Shown: positions 1-9,041 of the stretch, one piece after another
Position numbering within the stretch: the first letter of the stretch is position 1
Layout: each line of letters begins with the position of its first letter
Assembly (NCBI GenBank): GCA_046483495.1
Contig: JAWODC010000067.1
Span: 96,001 to 160,000, forward strand
Source: Desulfobacterales bacterium
GTDB taxonomy: Bacteria > Desulfobacterota > Desulfobacteria > Desulfobacterales > UBA5616
DNA: 64,000 bases
Direction: 5' to 3'
Position numbers and translations under genes: made by a program
Notes under the pieces: generated by a model
The model's input: only the letters and a program-made list of their open reading frames with translations
Databases searched by the model: none
What the model was told of the DNA's origin: nothing

Positions 1-230
1 TGTGCGGAATCGATGCGCTTGGGATCGGTGAGGTCCACACCGGCGCTGAAGTGTTTGCCGGCCCCTGTAAAAATCACGGCGCGCGTTCGGGTGTCCTCGT
101 GAAGCTCTGCCGTCAATGATTCAATTTCCTCCATCAGGTCCAAACTTAACGCGTTGAGCTTCTCCGGGCGATTCAGTGTGACCACGGCGACACTACCGGT
201 CCGATCGATCGTGAGGTAAGAATAGGGCAC
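1..230 (-). CDS. Enoyl-CoA hydratase/isomerase (crotonase) family protein, N-terminal part (runs off the window start)
   Basis: Manual translation from GTG at 230 (RBS AAAGGAG upstream): VPYSYLTIDRTGSVAVVTLNRPEKLNALS...RAVIFTGAGKHFSAGVDL, the classic crotonase NRPEKLNAL and FSAGxDL motifs. Confidence 0.9.
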   Translation of the reverse strand, partial: MPYSYLTIDRTGSVAVVTLNRPEKLNALSLDLMEEIESLTAELHEDTRTRAVIFTGAGKHFSAGVDLTDPKRIDSA

Positions 231-281
231 GTTTCTTCTCCTTTCTGAGGCACTCGTTGGGTATGGATGGGGCATAAAACC

Positions 282-299
282 GTCAATAAATGAATTGAC
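282..299. promoter_or_regulatory. Palindrome GTCAAT-N6-ATTGAC between divergent genes (back-to-back -35 boxes or an operator)
   Basis: Perfect 6 bp inverted repeat in the AT-rich spacer between the crotonase and dehydrogenase genes. Confidence 0.4.
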
Positions 300-406
300 C
301 TTATAATTTAAATTTGGATATATACACCATGTCTTCCAGGAAATCTCAACCGATTTCGAGAAAATCCGGTGATTCGAAAACATTCCATTCAAAAGTGAGG
401 TGACGC

Positions 407-1408
407 ATGAAACAGGCTGTCTTCGAGAGTGCCAGGAATTTTGTCATCAGGGATGTGCCCCGGCCCGAACCCCTCGATGGGCAGGTGCTCGTGGATGTTG
501 AATACTGTTCGATTTGCGGGTCTGATCTGCACTTGTATCAATGGGACTGGGAGCCGACGGATCCAAAGGGGGCCTCCTCACTGAACGTTGTCAGTGAAGC
601 CTTTGGGGGGATTCCCGCCCATTTTATTCTGGGGCACCAGTTTTGCGGCAAGGTGGCGGCCGTCGGTCCGGGCGTTTCCTATTGCAGCACGGGCGACCGG
701 GTGGCCGCTCGTGGGGTGGGCGCTTATGGCGAATTCGCTCTTTCGGATCAGGTGTATCTGCTGCCGAAAGAAATTTCCTATGAACAGGCGGCCTTCATCG
801 AACCCCTGTCCGTTTCGGTGGATGCCGTTCGACGCGCCCGATTGTTGCTTGGGGACAGGGTGGTGATTCAAGGGGCGGGAACGATCGGTCTGTTTACGAT
901 GCAATGTGCAAAAGCCGCCGGGGCGAAAAAAACGATTGTCACGGAAATTTCCGATTCGCGTCTGAAAACGGCCGAAGATTTGGGCGCCGATGAAGTTGTC
1001 GACGCCAAAACAACGGACGTATTGCAGCGTGTCGGCGAACTCACCGAGGGGTTCGGCCCGGACATCGTTTTTGACTGCACGGGAAATCCGGAAGCAAACC
1101 GGCTGATGCTGGATATGCTCCCCAAATGGGGCAGGGCGGTGATTATGTCGACATACACGGATCACTTCGAAATCGATTTCAACAGAATTATGTTAAAGTG
1201 CCTGGATGTCATCGGTTGGCTTTCCGGCACGCCGGACAGCTGGCAGCCTCGTTCCGATCCGTTTGTCATCGCCATTGATTTGATCAAAAAGAAAAAGGTG
1301 CTGATCGACCCGCTGATCTCCGCCGTTGTGCCCTTAGATGAGATTAACGAGGCATTTGCCGGACTCGAAAGCGGCAGGGAGATGGCGGTGCTGGTGAAGC
1401 CTAAATAG
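407..1408 (+). CDS. Zn-dependent medium-chain dehydrogenase/reductase (threonine/sorbitol dehydrogenase-like)
   Basis: ICGSDLH, GHQFCG (GHE-like), EPLSV, Rossmann GAGTIG, FDCTG. Confidence 0.9.
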   Translation: MKQAVFESARNFVIRDVPRPEPLDGQVLVDVEYCSICGSDLHLYQWDWEPTDPKGASSLNVVSEAFGGIPAHFILGHQFCGKVAAVGPGVSYCSTGDRVAARGVGAYGEFALSDQVYLLPKEISYEQAAFIEPLSVSVDAVRRARLLLGDRVVIQGAGTIGLFTMQCAKAAGAKKTIVTEISDSRLKTAEDLGADEVVDAKTTDVLQRVGELTEGFGPDIVFDCTGNPEANRLMLDMLPKWGRAVIMSTYTDHFEIDFNRIMLKCLDVIGWLSGTPDSWQPRSDPFVIAIDLIKKKKVLIDPLISAVVPLDEINEAFAGLESGREMAVLVKPK

Positions 1409-1551
1409 TGTCCATCCATAAATGGCCCTTTCACGCGATTTCTGCGTTGGACGCAAGATCGAAATCCTCAAAATAGCACACTATTCCTGCAGTTTCGATC
1501 TTGCGCCCGCCTTGAACTCACGCGAAATTGCCTATTTCTGGATGGGCACTA
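1406..1551 (+). repeat. ~146 bp MITE/REP-like element, copy 1
   Basis: Terminal inverted repeats TAGTGTCCATCCATAAAT / ATTTCTGGATGGGCACTA (16/18 complementary); internal stem GCAAGATCGAAA...TTTCGATCTTGC; core ATCCTCAAAATA shared with copies at 10093 and 28083. Confidence 0.85.
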
Positions 1552-1712
1552 AATAAAAATGAATCGGCGTTTCGGTTTTCTATCGATCGAATCTGTCGTA
1601 TAAAGGAACCGGTCAAGAAACGTTTTATTCGCAGCCTTTTTGGTCATCGAGGCTGAAGCGTTTGCTCGCTCAATCAAAAAAGGACGCTGTCGGAAAGGAA
1701 GAGTTACTGCAC

Positions 1713-3128
1713 ATGACGAAATCGGAGCATTTCTTAAAAAAATTCGTGGAACCTGAAAGTGTAGCCATCATCGGAGCATCGAATAACCCCGCTCGCAACA
1801 ACTATCACCTTGTGGGCAACCTCATCAATTTGGGTTATGGTGGAAGAATTTACCCCGTTAATCCAAGAGAAAGCGAAATTTCAGGGCTGAAAACCTATTC
1901 GAATGTCGAGGACATCGAAGAGATTGTCGATCTGGCCGTAATCGGCGTTTCCGCCGTTGTAACCCCAAGTGTCCTCGAGGCGTGCGCGAAGAAGGGAATT
2001 AAGCGGGTTACCCTGATCGCTGGGGGATTTTCGGAGATTGGTTCCGAGGGCAAAAAAATACAGAGGAGAATGCATGAGCTTTTGAATCATTACGGCATGC
2101 GGGCCATCGGCCCGAACGCGCTAAGTCCCATAAACGTTCACGGAAAATTCGCCGTAAGTTTTCATGAACTGAAAAAGATCGAACCCGGCCGTTTGTCTCT
2201 GATTTTTCAGTCCGGCCTGTATGAACCGGCATTTGAATGGCTTTTGTCGGATTTTAATTTTCATTTCAGTAAGCTCATCGACCTGGGCAACAAAATGGAT
2301 ATCAATGAGGTGGATGCGCTGGAGTATTATATTTCCGATCCATTTACCTCCGTAATCGGCATTCATATGGAGAGCATCGCCGGCGACGGCAGGCGCTTTT
2401 ACGACCTGCTTCATGCGGCGGCACGGGAAAAAAAGCAGGTGGTCGTGCTGAAGACCGGAAGAACACCGGCCGGTGCTGAAGCGGCCGCAAGCCATACAGG
2501 TGCCATGGTTCGGGGCAATGATCGGGTGTTTGACGGCGCCCTGAAGCAGGCAGGTGCCATTCGTGTGGATACAACTGAAGATTTTTTCGATGTGACCCGC
2601 GCATTAGACCGCTTTTACGGGGTTGTCCCCAAGGGAAACCGGGTGGCCGTTGCCATGCTTCCGGGCGGCCTTGGCGTCATGGTGACCGACCTGTGCGAGC
2701 GGTCCGGCCTGTCCATGGCCCGAACCGAAAAGGCTACCGTTGAAAAGCTGGAAAAGGCCTTTCCCTCCTGGGAAATCGCTCCCAATCCCTGGGACTTGGG
2801 CGTGACCATGCAGTTCAAGGATCCCGTCACCGTCTACGGCACGTGGATACAGGCTATGGCGACGGACCCCAATGTGGATATGCTTGCGTTTCAACTTCAC
2901 AGCAAAATGCTGCTCATGCCCGAGGAGTTTTTCAGCCTGTTTACCGCCGCCGCTAAAGTCGGCAAACCCACAGCGGTTTGGATAAACGGTATAGAACCCG
3001 GCGAAAACGACGCGTTGAAATGGCTGGAAGAAAACCAGGTCGCCGTGTTCCGCTTTCCGGAAAAGGCCATCGCCGGTCTGGTTGCATTATACCGGTTGAC
3101 GCGACGTTTTGACCATTTTGATCGTTGA
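1713..3128 (+). CDS. ADP-forming acyl-CoA synthetase alpha-subunit family (CoA-binding + succinyl-CoA ligase-like domains)
   Basis: AIIGAS, IYPVNP, GFSEIG, IGPN, DLGNKMD, phospho-His motif AAASHTGA; no ATP-grasp domain; ATG 1713 preferred over TTG 1662. Confidence 0.88.
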   Translation: MTKSEHFLKKFVEPESVAIIGASNNPARNNYHLVGNLINLGYGGRIYPVNPRESEISGLKTYSNVEDIEEIVDLAVIGVSAVVTPSVLEACAKKGIKRVTLIAGGFSEIGSEGKKIQRRMHELLNHYGMRAIGPNALSPINVHGKFAVSFHELKKIEPGRLSLIFQSGLYEPAFEWLLSDFNFHFSKLIDLGNKMDINEVDALEYYISDPFTSVIGIHMESIAGDGRRFYDLLHAAAREKKQVVVLKTGRTPAGAEAAASHTGAMVRGNDRVFDGALKQAGAIRVDTTEDFFDVTRALDRFYGVVPKGNRVAVAMLPGGLGVMVTDLCERSGLSMARTEKATVEKLEKAFPSWEIAPNPWDLGVTMQFKDPVTVYGTWIQAMATDPNVDMLAFQLHSKMLLMPEEFFSLFTAAAKVGKPTAVWINGIEPGENDALKWLEENQVAVFRFPEKAIAGLVALYRLTRRFDHFDR

Positions 3129-3228
3129 AATCGTTAAAAGGTTCCGAGCCATCCAAAAGAGATCATAACGATCGAAATGAGGAAGCCGAAACCTTTCTGA
3201 AGATCCGACCTGAAGACAAAGGAAAACG

Positions 3229-4173
3229 ATGATGAAAGATGCCCGAAAAGTGTTAGTGGCCGTCGACGGCTCGGAAAACGCCATGGATGCGGTCCGCTAT
3301 GCCGGAGAAATACTATCCCCCAAAAACATCCGTATTTGTCTGTGCCACATCCATCAGGAAATCCCGGAAGCCATGTTGGATTTAAAAAACATGCCCGGAT
3401 TCCATCATCAGTTGGCGGAAATCGGTTCATGGAGAATTCAGAACAAGCAGAAGATGGACGCATTTATGACCCAGGCCAAAGAAACACTTGCGGATGTCGG
3501 CTTCACATCTAAAGAAGTAAAAACCATCATTCGCAAAAAGCGCACCGGCATCGCCGGGGATATCCTTGAGGAGGCCAAAGATGGTTACCACGCCGTTTTC
3601 GCAGGACGAAGGGGTCTCAGCAGGATAAAGGACCTGCTTATCGGGGGCACGGCCAATAAATTGGTGGGGAAGGCCATGCGGATTCCTGTCGTTGTCGTGG
3701 GGCGATTGGCCAACGCGTCGAAGGTCATCGTGGCGTTTGACGGCAGCAAGAATGCCTTTAAAGCGGTTGACCGCCTGGCCGGTCTGGCAAACCCGGACAA
3801 ATGCGAAGTCGAAATATGCCACGTCATTCGATCGATTTCATCCGCAACTTCCCTGGGAGATGTGAATGTCCTGCCGGTGGAAGTGGAAGACACCTGGATG
3901 AAGGAAAGCATCCGGAATATAAAACCGCTGATTGCCGATGCAAAGAAACGCCTGATCAAATCCGGTTTTGAACCTGAAAAAGTAAGCGTCAAGATTCTTA
4001 CCCATAAACCCAGCAGGGCATTTGCCATTGTAGAAGAAGCCGAAGCAGGTGAATTTGGAACAATTGTTGTCGGACGTCGAGGACTTACGCTTGTTCAGGA
4101 ATTCACAATGGGGCGCGTAGGGAAAAAGATCGTACATGCGGCGACTGATCATTCCGTATGGGTCGTCGGGTGA
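3229..4173 (+). CDS. Tandem-domain universal stress protein
   Basis: Two Usp domains: KVLVAVDGSENA...GRRGLS...GGTANK and KVIVAFDGSKNA...VVGRRGLT...MGRVGKK. Confidence 0.92.
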   Translation: MMKDARKVLVAVDGSENAMDAVRYAGEILSPKNIRICLCHIHQEIPEAMLDLKNMPGFHHQLAEIGSWRIQNKQKMDAFMTQAKETLADVGFTSKEVKTIIRKKRTGIAGDILEEAKDGYHAVFAGRRGLSRIKDLLIGGTANKLVGKAMRIPVVVVGRLANASKVIVAFDGSKNAFKAVDRLAGLANPDKCEVEICHVIRSISSATSLGDVNVLPVEVEDTWMKESIRNIKPLIADAKKRLIKSGFEPEKVSVKILTHKPSRAFAIVEEAEAGEFGTIVVGRRGLTLVQEFTMGRVGKKIVHAATDHSVWVVG

Positions 4174-4244
4174 GGGCCGGTTTTTTTCTTTATTGGATTT
4201 GCGAATATCGAGCCCGAGCCCTTACAGCTGTCGCAACCGGGGCT

Positions 4245-5462
4245 TTATTCGAAAACACCTTCGGCCATGCATTCCACGAGCTCCTCATCCGACATGTTCA
4301 AAATTTCGGAGCAGATAAATTCCACGTGCTGGCCCAGCAGGGGGGACGGCATTCGCGGCCGGCTGGGCGTCTTTGAAAGCATGTATGCCGGACTGTCATA
4401 GGTTGTTTTCCCCATAACAGGGTGATCCATAACCCAATAATGGTTTCGATGCTTTAGTTGCGGATCTGCATGCAGGTCCTTCGCGTTCTGGATAACACCG
4501 CAGGCAATGCCGTTTGCCTGCATTATGGCCATAACGTCTTCCGGGGTGTGGTTCACCGTCCATTCGGCCACCAGTATATCGAGTTCTTCAGCGTTCTCGA
4601 CTCTTCCGGCCGGACTTTGAAAGCGCTCTTCATTCCCCCATTCCGGATTTCCCAGGACGGCAAGAAAATGTTCCCATTCCTCATCCGTAAACACCGCGAT
4701 GGCGCACCATCGGTCTTCCCCTTTGCACGGATAGGCGCCGTGAGGGGATGCATAGGGGTGGCGGTTGCCCTGGCGTTGCTGCACCCGGCCGTTTACCGTG
4801 TAGTCGATAATTGCCGTGTCCAGGCAGTGGATGGCCGTTTCCAATTGAGACAATTCGATGTACTGCCCGATCCCCGTTCTTCGCCGGTAGTCCAGAGCAG
4901 CGATAACGGCCGCTGCCGCCATATGCGGAACGAAAAAATCCGTATAAGGACCATAGGCTCCGATCGGATCACCGTCAGGCCAGCCCGTCAGATGATTGAC
5001 GCCGGCCAATGCCTGGAGAACATGGCCGTAACTGGGATGATTGGAATAGGGGCCGTTTCTGCCCTGAGCCGACATGCTGATCATGATGATGTCCGGTTTG
5101 ACTGCTTTGAGATCATCGTAGGAAAGCCCGAATTTCTCGATAATGCCCGGCGTGAAACTTTCCAGCACCACATCCGAAACAGCGACAAGGCGCTTGGCGA
5201 TTTCAACGGCCTTCGGCTTTTTGAGATTGAGCGTAAAACTGTATTTATTGGCGTTTTGGTTGGCGAAATACCCGCTGTTGTCCTCCCCCCATACACCGTC
5301 TTTGAACGGTCCGACCACACGTAAAAGATCAATATTAGCGGATGATTCCACTCGAATGACTTCAGCGCCGTTGTCGGCCAGATGCCTGGCGGTCTGCGGC
5401 CCAACGGCGTACCATGAAAAATCGACGACTCTTATGCCTTTAAATACCCGTGTCCCATGCAT
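4245..5462 (-). CDS. Class III (CaiB/BaiF) CoA-transferase, BbsF-like catalytic subunit
   Basis: GIRVVDFS, LADNGAEVIRVE, NANKYS, GPYTDF with the catalytic Asp position occupied by D, LGQH. Confidence 0.92.
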   Translation of the reverse strand: MHGTRVFKGIRVVDFSWYAVGPQTARHLADNGAEVIRVESSANIDLLRVVGPFKDGVWGEDNSGYFANQNANKYSFTLNLKKPKAVEIAKRLVAVSDVVLESFTPGIIEKFGLSYDDLKAVKPDIIMISMSAQGRNGPYSNHPSYGHVLQALAGVNHLTGWPDGDPIGAYGPYTDFFVPHMAAAAVIAALDYRRRTGIGQYIELSQLETAIHCLDTAIIDYTVNGRVQQRQGNRHPYASPHGAYPCKGEDRWCAIAVFTDEEWEHFLAVLGNPEWGNEERFQSPAGRVENAEELDILVAEWTVNHTPEDVMAIMQANGIACGVIQNAKDLHADPQLKHRNHYWVMDHPVMGKTTYDSPAYMLSKTPSRPRMPSPLLGQHVEFICSEILNMSDEELVECMAEGVFE

Positions 5463-5475
5463 GCCTCATTCCCCC

Positions 5476-6741
5476 TTATATTATTGCGGCTTTTTTCATC
5501 GCCTGCATGTCATTTTTTGTGAATCCGAGTTCCTCCCGGTAAATTTCCTGATTGTGTTCACCCATCAGCGGTGCCCGGTTTTTGATCCGCCAAGGCGTTC
5601 GGCTGAGCTTGTACGGCGCACCCGGGTAGGTAATTGAACAGCCCAATTCCGGGTGGTCCACATCAACAAAATAGCCTCTTGTTTTCAGCTGGGCATATTC
5701 AACAAGATCCATGGGGGTCTGCACCGGGACCCACCCGAAATGGTGTTCGAACGCTTTTTTGTACAATTCAGCTTTCGTATGTGCCTTCAGGAAGGGCATT
5801 CGCAATTCTTGAAATCGGTCCAATTCCTCCTGGGTCAGTGCCTGGCTCAAAGAAAGAGTTCCCCCTTCGATCTGTTCCCAGATATCGATCAGACCGGCCA
5901 ATTCGGCAGCATCTTCTGCAAATCCGGCATCTTTTAACCATTGAACGAACACGTTTAAATCGTTTGGCGACCAGCAAGCCATATATCCGTCTTTGCAGGG
6001 ATAGACGGCCCGAACCACGCGGTCTCCCAAAGCCCGTGAACAGCCGGTCCGTTTGAAAATCAGTTTCTGGAGGTCCCAGCCCTGCTGGGTGGTATCCAGC
6101 GTATTGCTCACCGCCTCCTGCATGGAAACATCCACATGCTGACCCTCGCCTGAAGTCTCGCGGTGGTAGTGGGCCACCATCGTACCGGCGGCAGCTTGAG
6201 CGCCGGCCTGGGCATAGGCCTGCTGCGCACTGACACGAACGGGCGGGCGATCCGGATCCCCCATGAGGTACATCAACCCCCCCATGGCTAAGGCGGTAAT
6301 GTCCGAAGATTTATATTCCGCATACGGGCCGCTTTGGCCGTAAGGGGTAATGGATGTCATGACGATGCGTGAATTGGTGCGGTTTAAATCGTCGTATCCC
6401 ATCCCCATTTTTTCCATGAATCCCGGATAGAAGCACTCGATAACGAAATCCGCTGTTTGGGCCAGTTTTTTAAAAATCGATTGTCCTTCCGGTTTCGTTA
6501 TATCGAGCGTAATGCTTCGTTTGCTGGTATTGAACGTGAACCAATAGAGGCTCTTTTCCGGATCGGGAATATCATGGTAAAAGGGGCCTATCTGTCGCAT
6601 GGCATCCCCTCCGGGGGGTTCTATCTTTATAACGTCCGCTCCTAGATCGGCTAAAATTCTGCCGCATAGGACGCCGGATTCATCACTCAAGTCCAGAACC
6701 CGGAAGGGCTCCAGCAGGGTATTCGGCGGAGTGTTGCCCAT
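5476..6741 (-). CDS. Class III CoA-transferase, BbsE-like subunit
   Basis: RVLDLS, LADLGADVIKIEPPGGD, NTSKRSITLD, GQHVDVSMQE; probable start ATG 6741 with RBS AAAGGA. Confidence 0.9.
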   Translation of the reverse strand: MGNTPPNTLLEPFRVLDLSDESGVLCGRILADLGADVIKIEPPGGDAMRQIGPFYHDIPDPEKSLYWFTFNTSKRSITLDITKPEGQSIFKKLAQTADFVIECFYPGFMEKMGMGYDDLNRTNSRIVMTSITPYGQSGPYAEYKSSDITALAMGGLMYLMGDPDRPPVRVSAQQAYAQAGAQAAAGTMVAHYHRETSGEGQHVDVSMQEAVSNTLDTTQQGWDLQKLIFKRTGCSRALGDRVVRAVYPCKDGYMACWSPNDLNVFVQWLKDAGFAEDAAELAGLIDIWEQIEGGTLSLSQALTQEELDRFQELRMPFLKAHTKAELYKKAFEHHFGWVPVQTPMDLVEYAQLKTRGYFVDVDHPELGCSITYPGAPYKLSRTPWRIKNRAPLMGEHNQEIYREELGFTKNDMQAMKKAAII

Positions 6742-6969
6742 CGGAAATCCTTTCTGTAGTTGGTGTTTGCATCGGGTAGGTATACCGGATGTATTCCAAA
6801 AAAGTTTTGTCGAAGATATGACAAGCGGCACACGCGTTTGCATGGGGGTGGCTGATGCCGCAGCAATAGGCTGTCTACTCCGGTATCATGTCGGCGGTGG
6901 AAAATCTTTCACCGCCGTCCGGATGTAAAAAATACAAACTTTTTTTGTGAATAGAACCGCTGAAAGCGG

Positions 6970-7251
6970 CTATTCGGTCATCACACGGTCAAATGCCTCG
7001 ATGGTGATTCCGGGGCACGTGCTGAATGAAACACCGGTTAATTGCGTCAGGGCTACCGATGCCTTCATTGCAGATTCGATATCCGGTAAATCGACACAGA
7101 ACATCAGGTCATACTCTCCGAGCAGTGCGTGCATGGCAATCACTACTCCTCCGAGCTTTTTGATTTCCTCGATTCCTTTTTGGGTCCTGGTGATGCTGAT
7201 GTCTTTGACCGTATCGGCATTGTATTTGCCGAACATAAAAAAAGTTGCCAT
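6970..7251 (-). CDS. GYD domain protein
   Basis: MATFFMFGKY...KLGG...HALLGEYDL pattern, ~93 aa; RBS GGAGG upstream of ATG 7251. Confidence 0.8.
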   Translation of the reverse strand: MATFFMFGKYNADTVKDISITRTQKGIEEIKKLGGVVIAMHALLGEYDLMFCVDLPDIESAMKASVALTQLTGVSFSTCPGITIEAFDRVMTE

Positions 7252-7337
7252 TTGGAAGTGCCTCCCTTCCAAATCAAACGGTGAGGTGTCGGGTGTCGGT
7301 GGTCAGCGGAGTTCTTCATATTCGCATCAACTTTTTT

Positions 7338-7366
7338 ATTTAATCAAAAAAGGCCTTTCAAGTCAA
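7338..7366 (-). promoter_or_regulatory. Putative sigma70 promoter for the GYD gene
   Basis: TTGACT-N17-TTAAAT on the minus strand. Confidence 0.55.
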
Positions 7367-7487
7367 TATAATCCATTTCAAATCTCCCGATCCCTTTCCC
7401 GTCCCGCCCGTCGCGCTCGTCTCGTCGTTTCCGGCCAACGCAAAAATAGAGACAATTGCCCATTGCCGGATGAACAAAAGGTAATAT

Positions 7488-7517
7488 TTGACTTGGGATT
7501 TCCTTTTCCGGTATAGT
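7488..7517 (+). promoter_or_regulatory. Putative sigma70 promoter for the PIG-L/DinB pair
   Basis: TTGACT-N18-TATAGT. Confidence 0.55.
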
Positions 7518-7580
7518 CTGTTTCCGATCCGGCTGAAATCCAACCCCATACCCGTTGATTGACGGTTCGGCTGAGAATGT

Positions 7581-8444
7581 ATGACCGGCATGCACGATCG
7601 AATACATTATCATGACTTCACCCTGATGGCCGTTCACGCACATCCGGATGATGAATCCATCGGCACCGGCGGAATATTGGCCAAATATGCATCTGAGGGT
7701 GTACGGACCGTTGTCGTTTATTGTACGCGGGGCGAGGAGGGGGATATTATCAATCCGGAATTCGTTTTGCCCGATCCTGCCATGTCCATGATCGATGTTC
7801 GAATGCAGGAGCTCGGTAAGGCCCTTGCGGTCCTGAAAGTCGGTTCCGTCTATTTTCTTGGATATCGCGATTCGGGCATGGCGGGAAGTCCAAAGAACAC
7901 CAACCCGTCGGCATTCGCCATGGCTGATGTTCAAAAGGCTTCAGGCCGCCTGGTGGACATCATCCGCGAAACACGGCCGGATGTTATAGTAACCTATAAT
8001 GAAAAGGGGCTTTATGGTCATCCGGATCACATCATGGCAAATAGAATAACACAAGCCGCGTTTCATGCGGCCGGGAATCCCGAATGCAGCGGGGAAAAGG
8101 CGCTGCCTGTCTGGCAGCCGAAAAAACTGTATTACACGGCCCTTTCCCTGAACCGGATGCGGGAAATGCAGCGGATCGCCCAAGAGCGGGGGGAAGATCT
8201 CGGGCTGGATCCCGATTTACTAGGGACACCGGATGACCGGATTACGACATGTATTGACGTGGAAGCCTTCCTGCCGAAAAAATTTCAGGCGCTGTTCTGC
8301 CATCGAAGTCAGGTCGGGCCGGATATTTTCTTCAAGCAGGTGCCTCGACATCGGGTTAACGCCTTTTTCAAGTATGAATATTTTGTATGCATTTCAGGCT
8401 GCAAAAAGACATTTGGCGAAAAAGACTTGTTTGAAGGAATTTGA
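7581..8444 (+). CDS. PIG-L family deacetylase/amidase (MshB/Mca-like)
   Basis: AVHAHPDDES, CTRGEEG, LGYRDSGM, YGHPDH, HRSQ, DLFEGI. Confidence 0.9.
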   Translation: MTGMHDRIHYHDFTLMAVHAHPDDESIGTGGILAKYASEGVRTVVVYCTRGEEGDIINPEFVLPDPAMSMIDVRMQELGKALAVLKVGSVYFLGYRDSGMAGSPKNTNPSAFAMADVQKASGRLVDIIRETRPDVIVTYNEKGLYGHPDHIMANRITQAAFHAAGNPECSGEKALPVWQPKKLYYTALSLNRMREMQRIAQERGEDLGLDPDLLGTPDDRITTCIDVEAFLPKKFQALFCHRSQVGPDIFFKQVPRHRVNAFFKYEYFVCISGCKKTFGEKDLFEGI

Positions 8445-8468
8445 AAACCGGGAAAGGGGGTACAGGAC

Positions 8469-8990
8469 GTGAGCACCATAACCTACTTTAAGCGGGCCTT
8501 GAAGGATATGCATGGCAACTATGTGGATGCGGTCAAGGATCTAACCGATGAACAGCTTCATTTCAGGCCGCTGGACAAGGGGCACCACATCGCTTTCGCC
8601 CTCTGGCATGTGGTCCGAACAGAAGACATGGTGATCAATTTTCTACTGCAGAAAAAAACACCCGTTTGGAATGCCCGGGAGTGGGACAAAAAGCTGGGTA
8701 TGGATCCTCAGGCTCAGGGCACAGGGATGAACGCGGAGCAGGCGGCTGCCGTAAGGATATCCAGCCTGCCGGATTTTCTGGCGTATATGGATGCGGTCGG
8801 CAAGGAAACAGACGCATACCTGGATACGTTAAAGGATGAAGATCTGGATATCGTAAACGAACTGCCGGTTCTCGGAAAGAGAAGCCTCTGCGAGGTGATC
8901 GGCGGCATTGCGCTGGTCCATGCAGCCGAGCATCTTGGGGAGATCTGGTACATAAAGGGCCTTTTGGGATTGAAAGGCAGTGCGATGTAA
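8469..8990 (+). CDS. DinB family protein (thiol S-transferase-like superfamily)
   Basis: IAFALWHVVRTED and HAAEHLGEI metal-binding His pattern; GTG start. Confidence 0.85.
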   Translation: MSTITYFKRALKDMHGNYVDAVKDLTDEQLHFRPLDKGHHIAFALWHVVRTEDMVINFLLQKKTPVWNAREWDKKLGMDPQAQGTGMNAEQAAAVRISSLPDFLAYMDAVGKETDAYLDTLKDEDLDIVNELPVLGKRSLCEVIGGIALVHAAEHLGEIWYIKGLLGLKGSAM

Positions 8991-9008
8991 TCGAGAGCGG
9001 CGGGCGGA

Positions 9009-9030
9009 TCCGGGGGACGTTTCCCCCGGA
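9009..9030. terminator. Hairpin between the convergent DinB and APH genes
   Basis: TCCGGGGGA-CGTT-TCCCCCGGA perfect 9 bp stem. Confidence 0.65.
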
Positions 9031-9041
9031 CCGTGTCGATC

